Notes under the pieces: model-generated
The model's database searches: none
Seen by the model: only the letters and a program-made list of their open reading frames with translations
Told to the model about the DNA's origin: nothing
Assembly: GCA_017443235.1 (NCBI GenBank)
Contig: JAFSOV010000016.1
Span: 9,525-73,524 of the forward strand
DNA: 64,000 nt
DNA from: Alphaproteobacteria bacterium
GTDB lineage: Bacteria; Pseudomonadota; Alphaproteobacteria; Rs-D84
Direction of reading: 5' to 3'
Translations under genes and position numbers: made by a program
Shown here: positions 1 through 8,725 of the stretch, piece by piece
Numbering within the stretch: the first letter of the stretch is position 1
Layout: each line of letters starts with the position of its first letter

Positions 1-1
1 T

Positions 2-481
2 TTCAGGTGTATCGAACGTGATTCACGTTTGTCCTATGCGGTGGCGGTGGCGATTATTGATACTTTGGCCGCGTACGGGATTGACGCAACAATTAAATGG
101 CCCAATGATATACTTATCGATGGGAAAAAGGTTGCCGGTGTGTTGATAGAATACGCGGGCCGATTCGTTATTGTGGGGATTGGGATAAATGTGCATTCAA
201 ATCCAACGGTGGATGAATATAAAACAACCAAGTTGGATAAATACGCCGATGTGGAATTGCCGGACCTGATGGCGCGATTGGCCAAGAAATTAGACAAATG
301 GATGGCGGCGGAATTCGATTCGGTGCGTCTGCGATGGATGGAATCGGCGGCGGGATTAAATGGTTTGGTAAAATATCGTGGCGAAATGGTCGAATTGATT
401 GGCATAAACGACAGCGGTGCATTGGTTGTTCGGCGCGGCGCGGAATATTTCTTGGTTCACGGCGATGAAATTTTGATGTGA
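2..481 (+). CDS. birA: biotin--[acetyl-CoA-carboxylase] ligase BirA, C-terminal part (5' end lies outside the window)
   Basis: The frame is open from position 2. The KWPNDIL...GKKVAGVL motif and the C-terminal domain are typical of BirA. Confidence 0.7.
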   Translation, partial: FRCIERDSRLSYAVAVAIIDTLAAYGIDATIKWPNDILIDGKKVAGVLIEYAGRFVIVGIGINVHSNPTVDEYKTTKLDKYADVELPDLMARLAKKLDKWMAAEFDSVRLRWMESAAGLNGLVKYRGEMVELIGINDSGALVVRRGAEYFLVHGDEILM

Positions 482-603
482 TGAACACCGCGGTTTTCTG
501 GTGTTTTTTATAAAATGCTTGACTTTTGATGCAATTTGTGATACCATGCTGGACGTCAAAAGAGAGATTTGTGTTCACACGTTGGTGTGAATTTTTTTTA
601 TGC

Positions 604-630
604 CGCACGTCTGTGCGGTTTTTTTCTTGG
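604..630 (+). terminator. hairpin gccgcacgtctgtgcggt followed by a T-run, downstream of birA
   Basis: A GC-stem inverted repeat followed by TTTTTTT. Confidence 0.4.
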
Positions 631-646
631 CACAAAAGGAAGGAAT

Positions 647-1057
647 ATGAATTTTAGCGTGAAAGAATCGCCCAGCAAAACTATGGCGTTGGCGTATCGC
701 ATTGCACGTGTTGTTTATGCGGAAACATATGCGCGTTCTTTGATTGTTGTCGAGGCATTGACATCTATGATTGCAAATTGTGCACGGAAAAATAATCGTG
801 ATATTTGTGATGTAATAACTGATGCGAATATATTCGAATCGCTGAATCCCGATTCGATGCGTCATATGGAGATGAATATCGATTCGAATCGACGCGAATT
901 TCAAATGTGTGTGCGAATCGCGGTGCGTATGTTGCACGGGCATTTGCCGGATATGTGCCGTGGCGCGACAATGTTTCATCGCGCAGAATTATTACCCGGT
1001 TGGGCAATCGCACGCGGATATATCGCAGACATAGATGGAATTTTATTTTACGCATAA
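647..1057 (+). CDS. cell wall hydrolase (SleB/CwlJ-like Hydrolase_2 family); probable phage endolysin
   Basis: The AGGAAGGAA RBS precedes the ATG at 647. The motifs ARVVYAE...ALTSMIANCARKN...DICDVI resemble SleB-type hydrolases. It is followed by a small membrane protein, which suggests a lysis cassette. Confidence 0.55.
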   Translation: MNFSVKESPSKTMALAYRIARVVYAETYARSLIVVEALTSMIANCARKNNRDICDVITDANIFESLNPDSMRHMEMNIDSNRREFQMCVRIAVRMLHGHLPDMCRGATMFHRAELLPGWAIARGYIADIDGILFYA

Positions 1058-1069
1058 TCTTTTTAAGGT

Positions 1070-1264
1070 TTGAATATGAGCAAATTCATTAGTGGTGGTT
1101 TTTTTGCGAATCGCAAAACACAAATTATGACGGTTGTTGGTTTTATATCTGCATTGGCCGCGTATTTGGTTGGCGATTCCGATTTATTCGCGCTGATTCA
1201 GGCATTGATTGCGGTTGGCGGAGTATATATGTTGCATAAATCAAAACAAAACAAAGGAAAATAA
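1070..1264 (+). CDS. holin-like small membrane protein (two predicted TM segments)
   Basis: A 64-aa hydrophobic protein lies immediately downstream of the hydrolase, in the position of T7 gp17.5. Confidence 0.35.
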   Translation: MNMSKFISGGFFANRKTQIMTVVGFISALAAYLVGDSDLFALIQALIAVGGVYMLHKSKQNKGK

Positions 1265-1265
1265 T

Positions 1266-1922
1266 ATGGAAAATATACCAGAAAAATTTCGTAAAGACGA
1301 TGGAACATTAAATACAGATGCACTTATAAAATCTTATACGGAATTGGAAAAGAAAATTGGAACGATGATTTCTGTGCCCGATGAAAATGCAGACGAATCG
1401 GCGGTATGCCGCTTTCGCCGTGCGATTGGCGTGCCGGACAGTCCCGATGAATATCCGCAAAATGAAATGTTTGATGATGAAAATGTGCGACAAGAATTTC
1501 ATAAAATTGGTTTAACAAAAAACCAAGTTGAAAAAATTTATGACATCGCACAAAAATTTTTATCGCCTGTGGTTAATGAAATTTTATCTGTGAAACAAGA
1601 ATCAAATGCGATGTCTGAATTAAAAAAATTCTTTGGTGATGATGAAAAAATGTATGATGCGTTTGTTGCAATAAAATCGTTCGGTGAAAGATTTTTACCC
1701 GCCGATGCGTTTAATGAATTGTGCTCTACACCCCAGGGAATTCAAGGTGTGTACAAGATGATGCAATCAATGGAACCATCGGTGCAAACGGATTCGTCCG
1801 ATACGAAAATTTTATCTGATGAAGAATTGCGTCGTATGATGCGTGATCCAAAATATTGGCGTGATCATGATGCGGAATATGTTCGTAAAATTGAAAACGG
1901 TTTCAAAAAATTATATTCGTGA
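1266..1922 (+). CDS. podovirus scaffolding-like protein (gp9 position)
   Basis: AAAGGAAAA RBS. The protein is acidic and helical and begins MENIPEKFRKDDGTLNTDALIKSYTELEKK. It lies upstream of the capsid gene as in T7-like synteny. Confidence 0.4.
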   Translation: MENIPEKFRKDDGTLNTDALIKSYTELEKKIGTMISVPDENADESAVCRFRRAIGVPDSPDEYPQNEMFDDENVRQEFHKIGLTKNQVEKIYDIAQKFLSPVVNEILSVKQESNAMSELKKFFGDDEKMYDAFVAIKSFGERFLPADAFNELCSTPQGIQGVYKMMQSMEPSVQTDSSDTKILSDEELRRMMRDPKYWRDHDAEYVRKIENGFKKLYS

Positions 1923-2041
1923 TGCAATTTTTTTAATAAAAAATAACTTTTCTTCTTTACTAATTTTTTTCTTTAATATAAAATATAAAACAAGAACAAA
2001 AAGAATTTGTTCTATCCAAAAAAAATAAAAAGGAGAGAAGA

Positions 2042-2347
2042 ATGGCATTCACATTCTTGAAGACTGCGGCAAAGAAACCTGCTGCGAAAAAGCCTGCTGC
2101 CAAGAAACCGGCGGCAAAGAAACCAGCCGCGAAAAAACCGGCTGCGAAAAAACCTGCGGTTAAGAAAGTTGCTGCGAAAAAACCGGCTGCGAAAAAAGTA
2201 GCGGTTAAAAAAGTTGCTGCGAAAAAGCCGGCTGCGAAAAAAGTAGCGGTTAAAAAAGTCGCCGCAAAAAAACCGGTTGCAAAGAAAGTCGTTGCGAAAA
2301 AACCGGCTGCAAAAAAAACATGTGCAAAATGTGCCAAAAGAAAATAA
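2042..2347 (+). CDS. histone H1-like lysine/alanine-rich DNA-binding protein (tandem AAKKP repeats)
   Basis: AAAAGGAGAGAAG RBS. A 101-aa protein made of about 18 [10 protein letters not shown] pentapeptide repeats, reflected in a 15-nt DNA periodicity. Confidence 0.7.
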   Translation: MAFTFLKTAAKKPAAKKPAAKKPAAKKPAAKKPAAKKPAVKKVAAKKPAAKKVAVKKVAAKKPAAKKVAVKKVAAKKPVAKKVVAKKPAAKKTCAKCAKRK

Positions 2348-2369
2348 TGGTATTGCACTGAGTATATAA

Positions 2370-2397
2370 ATGCCCGCATGTCGGGCATTTTTGTTTT
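2370..2397 (+). terminator. rho-independent terminator after the H1-like gene
   Basis: atgcccgcatgtcgggcat followed by tttttgtttt. A second hairpin, tcagtcagattttttgtctgactga, follows at 2410-2440. Confidence 0.6.
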
Positions 2398-2573
2398 GTG
2401 AAAAATTTCAGTCAGATTTTTTGTCTGACTGAATTTTTTCCTTGGACAATCCACATTGTGGACCCGTTTGAATTTATTTTCGGCGCCGTACGCGGCATAA
2501 CCACAAATAAATTTTTGGTTGGGCGATAATGATTCGCCTGGATTTCAATTTTGATTAAACAAAAGGAATAATA

Positions 2574-3392
2574 ATGTCTGTTTCCATAGATCAAGTATTT
2601 GTGAAACAATTTGAAGCGGATGTTCACCTTGCGTACCAACAGATGGGGACAAAACTGCGTTCAACGATTCGCAGCAAATCGGGCGTTGTCGGTGCATCCA
2701 CAACTTTTCAAAAAATTGGTAAAGGCACGGCCAGTACCAAATCACGTCACGGCATCGTTCCGGTAATGAACCTTAATCACACTCCGGTGGAATGCACATT
2801 GCAAGATTACTATGCCGGCGATTGGGTTGATGCATTGGATGAATTGAAAATCAATATCGATGAACGTCGTGTGGTTGCATCGGCCGGTGCATATGCGTTG
2901 GGTCGCAAAACCGATGAATTGATTGTGAATGCAATGAACAGTGCAACCGGATATGTTGGTGATTATTCAACCGGTCTTACCAAAACATTGATTTTAACCG
3001 CATTGGAAAAACTGAATGAAAATGATGTCCCAGATGATGGCCGCAGATTCGCAGTCGTTGGTGTAAAACAATGGAATGAATTGTTGGGTATCACAGAATT
3101 TTCTTCGGCGGATTATGTCGGTGAAAATATGCCGTTTATCAATGGATGTGAAACAAGAAAGTGGCTTGGTATCACATGGGTTATGTACAACGATTTGCCG
3201 GTTCCGGCCGCTACACATCGTGATTGCTTTATCTATCATGCGTCCAGTGTTGGTCATGCGTGCGGTCAAGAAGTCAAAACGGATATTACATGGCACGGTG
3301 AACGTGCCGCACATTTCATCAGCAACAGTATGTCCCAAGGGGCGGTGCTGATTGATAATGACGGTATTGTTCGTGTCAAGTGCGGTGAATAA
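2574..3392 (+). CDS. T7 gp10-like major capsid protein (short form, 272 aa)
   Basis: The FVKQFEADVHLAYQQ...RSKSG...TFQKIGKGTAS pattern parallels T7 gp10 LKVFGGEVLTAF...RSISSGKSAQFPVLGRTQAA. Its position between the scaffold and tubular protein A matches T7 synteny. Confidence 0.6.
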   Translation: MSVSIDQVFVKQFEADVHLAYQQMGTKLRSTIRSKSGVVGASTTFQKIGKGTASTKSRHGIVPVMNLNHTPVECTLQDYYAGDWVDALDELKINIDERRVVASAGAYALGRKTDELIVNAMNSATGYVGDYSTGLTKTLILTALEKLNENDVPDDGRRFAVVGVKQWNELLGITEFSSADYVGENMPFINGCETRKWLGITWVMYNDLPVPAATHRDCFIYHASSVGHACGQEVKTDITWHGERAAHFISNSMSQGAVLIDNDGIVRVKCGE

Positions 3393-3416
3393 AACAAATA
3401 ATCCAAGGGGTAAAAA

Positions 3417-3647
3417 ATGGCTTTTCAAAATAAAAATTTATCTGTGATTGCGTATGCCAATGGGTTCACACTGTGGCATTATGCCGCCAATGAAACATTG
3501 GCAACGATTACGGCAAGTGGCTACTTTAACGCGGTTAAAACGTTGATGAACACCGGCGATATGGTTTTAATCAATGCATCCGATAAAACGTCAATCAAAA
3601 AAATTGCGGTTGGCGACAGCGCGGTGACCACTGCGGCATTGGATTAA
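3417..3647 (+). CDS. small phage protein between capsid and tail tubular A
   Basis: GGGGTAAAAAATGG RBS. A 76-aa ORF in the operon context. Confidence 0.3.
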   Translation: MAFQNKNLSVIAYANGFTLWHYAANETLATITASGYFNAVKTLMNTGDMVLINASDKTSIKKIAVGDSAVTTAALD

Positions 3648-3713
3648 TACCTTGTTTGTTTGTATGTTGATAAAGGGGTCGATTTCGGCCCCTTGTATTT
3701 TTCTTGGGGGGAA

Positions 3714-4235
3714 ATGATGCTAACAAAAATAGATTTATGTTCAATGGCGTTGTTAAAATTGGGTGAAAACCCGATTCAATCTTTGTCGGACGATACAACG
3801 GCCGCAAAATTGGGACGTACATTGATTGATTTTGTAATAGATACTTTATTGGCGATGCACCCGTGGCGTTTCGCGTGTCATACATACACGGTTGTCAAAG
3901 ACGAAAATGGTGATTTGAATATACCGGCGGATGTTTTGCGTATTCTTAAAACAAATGCGCGTGTTGTTGATAATAAGATTATATCGGATTCGTCTGCGGT
4001 GGATGTTACGGCAATTCGGCGTGTTTCGCCCGATAGTTTTCCAAGTTATTTTTCATCGTTGGTGGCAACAAAACTGGCCGTGGAATTTTGTATTCCGTTG
4101 ACATCAGATCAAACCGTATTTCGGACATTGGTTGCATTATATGAAACAGAATTACAAACGGCGAAATTCATAGACAGTACAACTTCGATAAATCCTGCGA
4201 TAGAAAACTTTTCGTTGTTGGACAGTCGCTTTTAA
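3714..4235 (+). CDS. tail tubular protein A (T7 gp11-like)
   Basis: The N-terminus LCSMALLKLGENPIQSLSDD..AAKLGRTLIDFVIDTLLAMHPWRF parallels T7 gp11 [55 protein letters not shown] RBS. Confidence 0.6.
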   Translation: MMLTKIDLCSMALLKLGENPIQSLSDDTTAAKLGRTLIDFVIDTLLAMHPWRFACHTYTVVKDENGDLNIPADVLRILKTNARVVDNKIISDSSAVDVTAIRRVSPDSFPSYFSSLVATKLAVEFCIPLTSDQTVFRTLVALYETELQTAKFIDSTTSINPAIENFSLLDSRF

Positions 4236-4252
4236 TACCAAGGGGTGTAAAT

Positions 4253-5959
4253 ATGGGAAACTTTATCAAAACGCAAACGTCGTTTGCCAACGGCGAAGTA
4301 TCACCAAATTTTTTTGCGAATTCCAATATCAACGGACTTTCGCGATTGGAAAATATGGACGTGATACCCGGGGGCGGCCTGCGTCGTCGGCCCGGATTAA
4401 AAAAGATTGCCAAATTGTCGGCAAATGCGCGATTGGTTCCGTTTTCAATTTCTGAAACGGAACATTATGTGTTGGCGATAATGAATGGCCTGGTTCGCAT
4501 TTTTTCGGGTGATTCGTTTGTCCAAGATGTATTTGCGCCGTGGTCGGGTGCGGATGTGGGACTGGTCCAATACGCACAACGTTTTGGAACGATGATTTTC
4601 GTTCATCCAGATTACAGTCCCAGAATTTTGTACCGTGATAACGGTATTTTTAAGTTTATGAATTTTTCGTTCTCGTCATCCGATGGTGGCGAAAATGTCG
4701 ATATGCCTTTTATGCGTTTTGAAGATTCGAATAACATAAGTATCACAATCACTATGGTGGGCAGTACGGCGCACCTGAATACGAATCAAGATTTTTGGAC
4801 GGCACAAAATGTTGACGGCCATTTATCCCTTTTGGGAAAAACTTGGTTGATAACATCATATATTGGACCGCGCGAGGTCACCGCGGCGTGTAATGGTATT
4901 TTTACAATACCAAATTCACCAATCATCGATTGGCAAGAAGCCGTATTCAGCCCACGTCGTGGATGGCCAACCAGTATAACTTTTCACCAGAATCGGTTAG
5001 TGTTTGGTGGTTCAAAATCTTGGCCGGGTGGTGTGTGGATGTCGCATGTTGGCGAACATAAAAATTTTAATACCGGCACAGGTTTGGATGACGAAGCGAT
5101 ATGTTTCACACTGTTGTCATCACGACGTCAACATATTTGCACATTGGTCAGCAGTGACAATTTGCAAATCCTTACATCCGAAGGTGAATGGGCGGTTTCA
5201 AATAAACCATTGACCCCGGAATCAGTGAACATAAAAATGCATACCACAATCGGGTGCATCGCGGACAGATATTTGCCGCCCCAAGAAATTGACGGTTCAA
5301 CAATATTTGTGTCGAACAATAAACACGATATACGACAAATGGTTTTGGACGATTTGGGTCAAAATTACCGGGCCGATAATTTGTGTGCATTGGCGGAACA
5401 TATAATGAACAATCCAATTGATATTGCATACAATAAAACAGATAAAAAACTGTTTGTTGTTATGTCAAATGGCGAAATGGCCGTGTTAAATCGAAATACT
5501 GAATTGGGAATTTCCGGATGGGGACACTATATAACCGCGGGTGAATTCAAATCTGTTGCGGTGTCCAATGGCAATACATACGTCGTGACGGAACGCGATT
5601 CGGAATTTATGTTTGAAAGATTCGATGATTCAAAAATGATTGATGCAGACGAATATCCATACACTTCACGTGCCTGTGGATTGCCGATAATGACGTCTGG
5701 ACATAACGCGAAATATACAAGGATTAAAAAGATTGTCGCACGTGTACACAATTCGAAAACTTTATTTATAAACAATTTTCGAACCGCATTTCCAAATGAA
5801 GTTTATGTTGATGGCGCATCCGGATTTTCGGGCGATATGTCAGTAAATGTTTTGGGAACACTGCGTGATATGGTGGACAGTCCATGGGAAATATCAACCA
5901 GTGATGAATTACCATTGACCGTATTATCGATAACAATATATGGCCGATATCAAATATAA
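4253..5959 (+). CDS. tail tubular protein B (T7 gp12-like)
   Basis: The N-terminal FANGEVSPNFF..GLSRLENMDVIPGGGLRRRPGL resembles gp12 GGISQQPDILRYPDQGSRQVNGWSSETEGLQKRPPL. It follows gp11 as in T7. Confidence 0.6.
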   Translation: MGNFIKTQTSFANGEVSPNFFANSNINGLSRLENMDVIPGGGLRRRPGLKKIAKLSANARLVPFSISETEHYVLAIMNGLVRIFSGDSFVQDVFAPWSGADVGLVQYAQRFGTMIFVHPDYSPRILYRDNGIFKFMNFSFSSSDGGENVDMPFMRFEDSNNISITITMVGSTAHLNTNQDFWTAQNVDGHLSLLGKTWLITSYIGPREVTAACNGIFTIPNSPIIDWQEAVFSPRRGWPTSITFHQNRLVFGGSKSWPGGVWMSHVGEHKNFNTGTGLDDEAICFTLLSSRRQHICTLVSSDNLQILTSEGEWAVSNKPLTPESVNIKMHTTIGCIADRYLPPQEIDGSTIFVSNNKHDIRQMVLDDLGQNYRADNLCALAEHIMNNPIDIAYNKTDKKLFVVMSNGEMAVLNRNTELGISGWGHYITAGEFKSVAVSNGNTYVVTERDSEFMFERFDDSKMIDADEYPYTSRACGLPIMTSGHNAKYTRIKKIVARVHNSKTLFINNFRTAFPNEVYVDGASGFSGDMSVNVLGTLRDMVDSPWEISTSDELPLTVLSITIYGRYQI

Positions 5960-5978
5960 AAAAACAAAAGGATAAAAA

Positions 5979-6326
5979 ATGGGACAAGTTATTTCAGATG
6001 TGAAAGATATTTTGAATTACCAAGAGGGCAAGAAAAAAACTGCATCGACCCGCAAAAAAATTTTAAGACAAATGGCCACGGACGAAAATACCAAACAAAA
6101 CCTTGTAAAAAAAGTCTTGGCAACCCAACGCGCAAAATATGGGGCGTCGGGGATGAAAACCCGTGGCCAAACCGAAGATGCGGTTTTGACACGGTTAAAA
6201 CAAGAAACAGAACAACCATATAATGAAAAAAAGCAATCCAATTTGAACAAATTAAAAAATACGCGTGCCAAGAAAAAGAATCTGTTATTGTCGGCATTGG
6301 AACATATGGAAAAATTGGTCGGGTAA
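5979..6326 (+). CDS. small basic protein (possible internal virion protein, gp13 position)
   Basis: A 115-aa lysine-rich protein following tubular B. Confidence 0.3.
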   Translation: MGQVISDVKDILNYQEGKKKTASTRKKILRQMATDENTKQNLVKKVLATQRAKYGASGMKTRGQTEDAVLTRLKQETEQPYNEKKQSNLNKLKNTRAKKKNLLLSALEHMEKLVG

Positions 6327-6327
6327 G

Positions 6328-6921
6328 ATGACGGAATATAACCAATTTTTGGATTCTTGGAATTCAGTATTGGGATTGGTCACGCCCGCGCATCACCATC
6401 GTATGACAAATTTTTTGACCGATGTGTTAGAAGGTGAAAATCATCGTGGTTTGTTGATGGCATTCCGGCATTCGGGAAAATCCACGATAGTCGGGATTTT
6501 TGCAACGTGCGTCCTGTTTCTGCGCCCCCAAACGCGTATTCTTATTTTGTCGGCCCAGACACACCAGGCCGCCCGAATGGTTATGCATATAAGAAACATT
6601 TTGGAAAATCATCCATGGTGCCAAGATATGATTCCAAAAAATCGTCGTGAATGGGCAGAAAATAAAATAACCATAAATCGCCCAATTGGCATTCGCGAAC
6701 CATCGGTACTGTGCCAAGGAATATACGGAAATATAACCGGTATGCGTGCAGATTTGATAATTTGTGATGATGTCGAGGTTCCAAATACATGCAACACCGC
6801 ACGAAAACGTGCGGCGTTGCGTGAAAGATTGCGTGAATTGGATTTCGTGCTGTCCCCAAATGGTACAATGATTTATATCGGGACACCGCACACATTGGAT
6901 ACCATATATCGTACGGTTTAG
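6328..6921 (+). CDS. terminase large subunit, N-terminal ATPase fragment (split gene)
   Basis: Walker A FRHSGKST and Walker B ADLIICDDVE. The fragment ends LDTIYRTV* after motif III, and no nuclease domain follows in this ORF. Confidence 0.7.
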   Translation: MTEYNQFLDSWNSVLGLVTPAHHHRMTNFLTDVLEGENHRGLLMAFRHSGKSTIVGIFATCVLFLRPQTRILILSAQTHQAARMVMHIRNILENHPWCQDMIPKNRREWAENKITINRPIGIREPSVLCQGIYGNITGMRADLIICDDVEVPNTCNTARKRAALRERLRELDFVLSPNGTMIYIGTPHTLDTIYRTV

Positions 6922-7583
6922 TCCGCAGAATCGGTATGTGGTAAAGAACTGGTAATCTTGTGCAATCGGCGCAGTAATTTTTGTCCTTCGTCACCGAACA
7001 TCGGCAGGTATGTTTCATAATCCAACATATCAACCTGAAGCTGTGCACGTGCGCGTTCGTTTATCGGTTTTGCCAAGATTTCGTTTGCATTGTCCCAAAG
7101 TTTATATGCCCTCTGGGTGCGGATAATCATATCAAATTTCTTCAATGCTTCGGGATTGTTATTCAATATGTTCTTGATGGAATTTGCCCAATCAGGACCA
7201 AATTTTTTAACAACCGGGTTTTGCATAAATTCATTCAATTTATCTTGGTCCGGTTCAAAATCATCAATTGCATTTATAAGTTCTGCCATATCCGCAAACG
7301 GCACATCGGTCGCATTTGCGCCTTCGTTCATCATACCACCATAGGGCAATAATTCGCGTGCAATTGAATTCATGGGCGTTTTGCCATCACGCAAATTTTT
7401 TATGTGTTGCGCCAACATTTTGCCGGTGGGTAAATCGGCCATTTCATTCAATACTTCATCGGTGGCCTCGTCAACAAAGACACGATTCACCGCGCCCCAC
7501 CCGCCGACAATAACGTGCGCCTGGCGATACAGATTCAGTAATTTTTGTGCGATTACGCTTGCTTTGGCTTTCATCTCGTTCAA
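6918..7583 (-). CDS. hypothetical protein (221 aa) inside the terminase-interrupting insert
   Basis: A clean ORF ending 4 bp inside the terminase-N stop. I recognise no family for it. Confidence 0.45.
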   Translation of the reverse strand: MNEMKAKASVIAQKLLNLYRQAHVIVGGWGAVNRVFVDEATDEVLNEMADLPTGKMLAQHIKNLRDGKTPMNSIARELLPYGGMMNEGANATDVPFADMAELINAIDDFEPDQDKLNEFMQNPVVKKFGPDWANSIKNILNNNPEALKKFDMIIRTQRAYKLWDNANEILAKPINERARAQLQVDMLDYETYLPMFGDEGQKLLRRLHKITSSLPHTDSAD

Positions 7584-7601
7584 TCCCTCCGTTGGATGGT
7601 G

Positions 7602-8612
7602 TTATTCTGTGGTGACCATAATAACCTTGTGCATAGTTTGCGCAGAAATTTTTTCTTCGGGCGACACTATTTGGCCATAAATTTTGCCTTTGGAATCTTG
7701 ACGTACTATGGCGATTTGTGCGACCAACGTTTTATCATCACTCAGCGTTTTGAAATCGGTATCAACAAACACCGCCAAATCACCAACCGCGGGCACCGAT
7801 TTAACATCTGCAAAAACATAGGAACGTGCCGGAATAAACCCGCCCAGACGTTTAGAATTTGGAATAAGGGCATATACGCCGCGGCGGCCTTCAAGATTTG
7901 CCGGCGCCGCAATCATTGTTGAATCAGATTTTTTGAATGCAATTCCTTTGCCTTCGGGTTTGCCGAAGACCGGAACCAATTTTTTGCGCGCATTATCATA
8001 CAATTTGGCACCATACAAATGTCCCTGCATATCGCCCAAATCGGCAGCGGAATCCCCAGGAACCAGAACGGCCCGTACGCGTTCTTTGACCTTGTTCATT
8101 TGTTTGGTCAGTTCGCCAGATTTATATAAATCTGCGATTTTATCGAACATACTGTCCACAGAATGCGCAAATGAGCGCGCCAATGGTTCAATTTCATTTT
8201 TATATACTTCGCGTTGGCCGACCTCTATCTTGTGATACACAGACAGTGTCATTCCCGCATCTTTGGCGGCCTGGGCAATGGTTTTGCCGGCCTGTTGACG
8301 TATTTTGCGCAGACCACTGCCGAATACTTTCAATCCGCTGTCTTCATTATCGTTCATACGGCGTTTGATTTCATTTTGCCATTTTGCGGCGACTTCGTCT
8401 GTGTCCTTGATGAATATATCGGACAATTTGCACCCCAATATATTGCATATATTTAACAATTGTTTTTGGTTCAGGCGGCGCACACCTTTTTCAATCTTGG
8501 AAACCGCCGACAACGACAATCCCGACCGGCGTGCCAGTTCTGTCATCTTCATACCCGCGGCCAGACGAATGTTGCGAATGTTATTTGGAAAAATGATTTC
8601 TTCTTGGGCCAT
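7602..8612 (-). CDS. XRE-family repressor with two N-terminal HTH domains and a C-terminal LexA/CI (S24)-like beta domain
   Basis: Two HTH_XRE-like segments: IRNIRLAAGMKMTELARRSGLSLSAVSKIEKG and LRKIRQQAGKTIAQAAKDAGMTLSVYHKIEVG. The C-terminal VGDLAVFV...KTLVAQIAIV resembles the LexA C-domain, but I do not see a GDSM catalytic Ser motif. Confidence 0.6.
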   Translation of the reverse strand: MAQEEIIFPNNIRNIRLAAGMKMTELARRSGLSLSAVSKIEKGVRRLNQKQLLNICNILGCKLSDIFIKDTDEVAAKWQNEIKRRMNDNEDSGLKVFGSGLRKIRQQAGKTIAQAAKDAGMTLSVYHKIEVGQREVYKNEIEPLARSFAHSVDSMFDKIADLYKSGELTKQMNKVKERVRAVLVPGDSAADLGDMQGHLYGAKLYDNARKKLVPVFGKPEGKGIAFKKSDSTMIAAPANLEGRRGVYALIPNSKRLGGFIPARSYVFADVKSVPAVGDLAVFVDTDFKTLSDDKTLVAQIAIVRQDSKGKIYGQIVSPEEKISAQTMHKVIMVTTE

Positions 8613-8683
8613 ATAAAACTCCTTGGGATAAATCTTGACAAAATCATAGTCAATTTTAGAAAACTTGGCAAGGAAAAAGTTTA

Positions 8684-8725
8684 ATGGTGGTTAGTGTTAG
8701 TGATTAGTGTAAGTGGTTAGTAACA
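8684..8725. repeat. TTAGTGG heptad repeat block (inverted partial copy of the 62521-62625 element)
   Basis: ggtggttagtgttagtgattagtgtaagtggttagtaacactaa. Its reverse complement contains actaaccacttacactaa, which is identical to 62608-62625. Confidence 0.6.

Noticed and set aside
1960-2454. A 164-aa minus-strand ORF with FFAAGFFAA repeats
   Set aside because: It is the mirror translation of the AAKKP repeat gene. The plus-strand gene has an RBS and a terminator, and the minus-strand ORF has neither.
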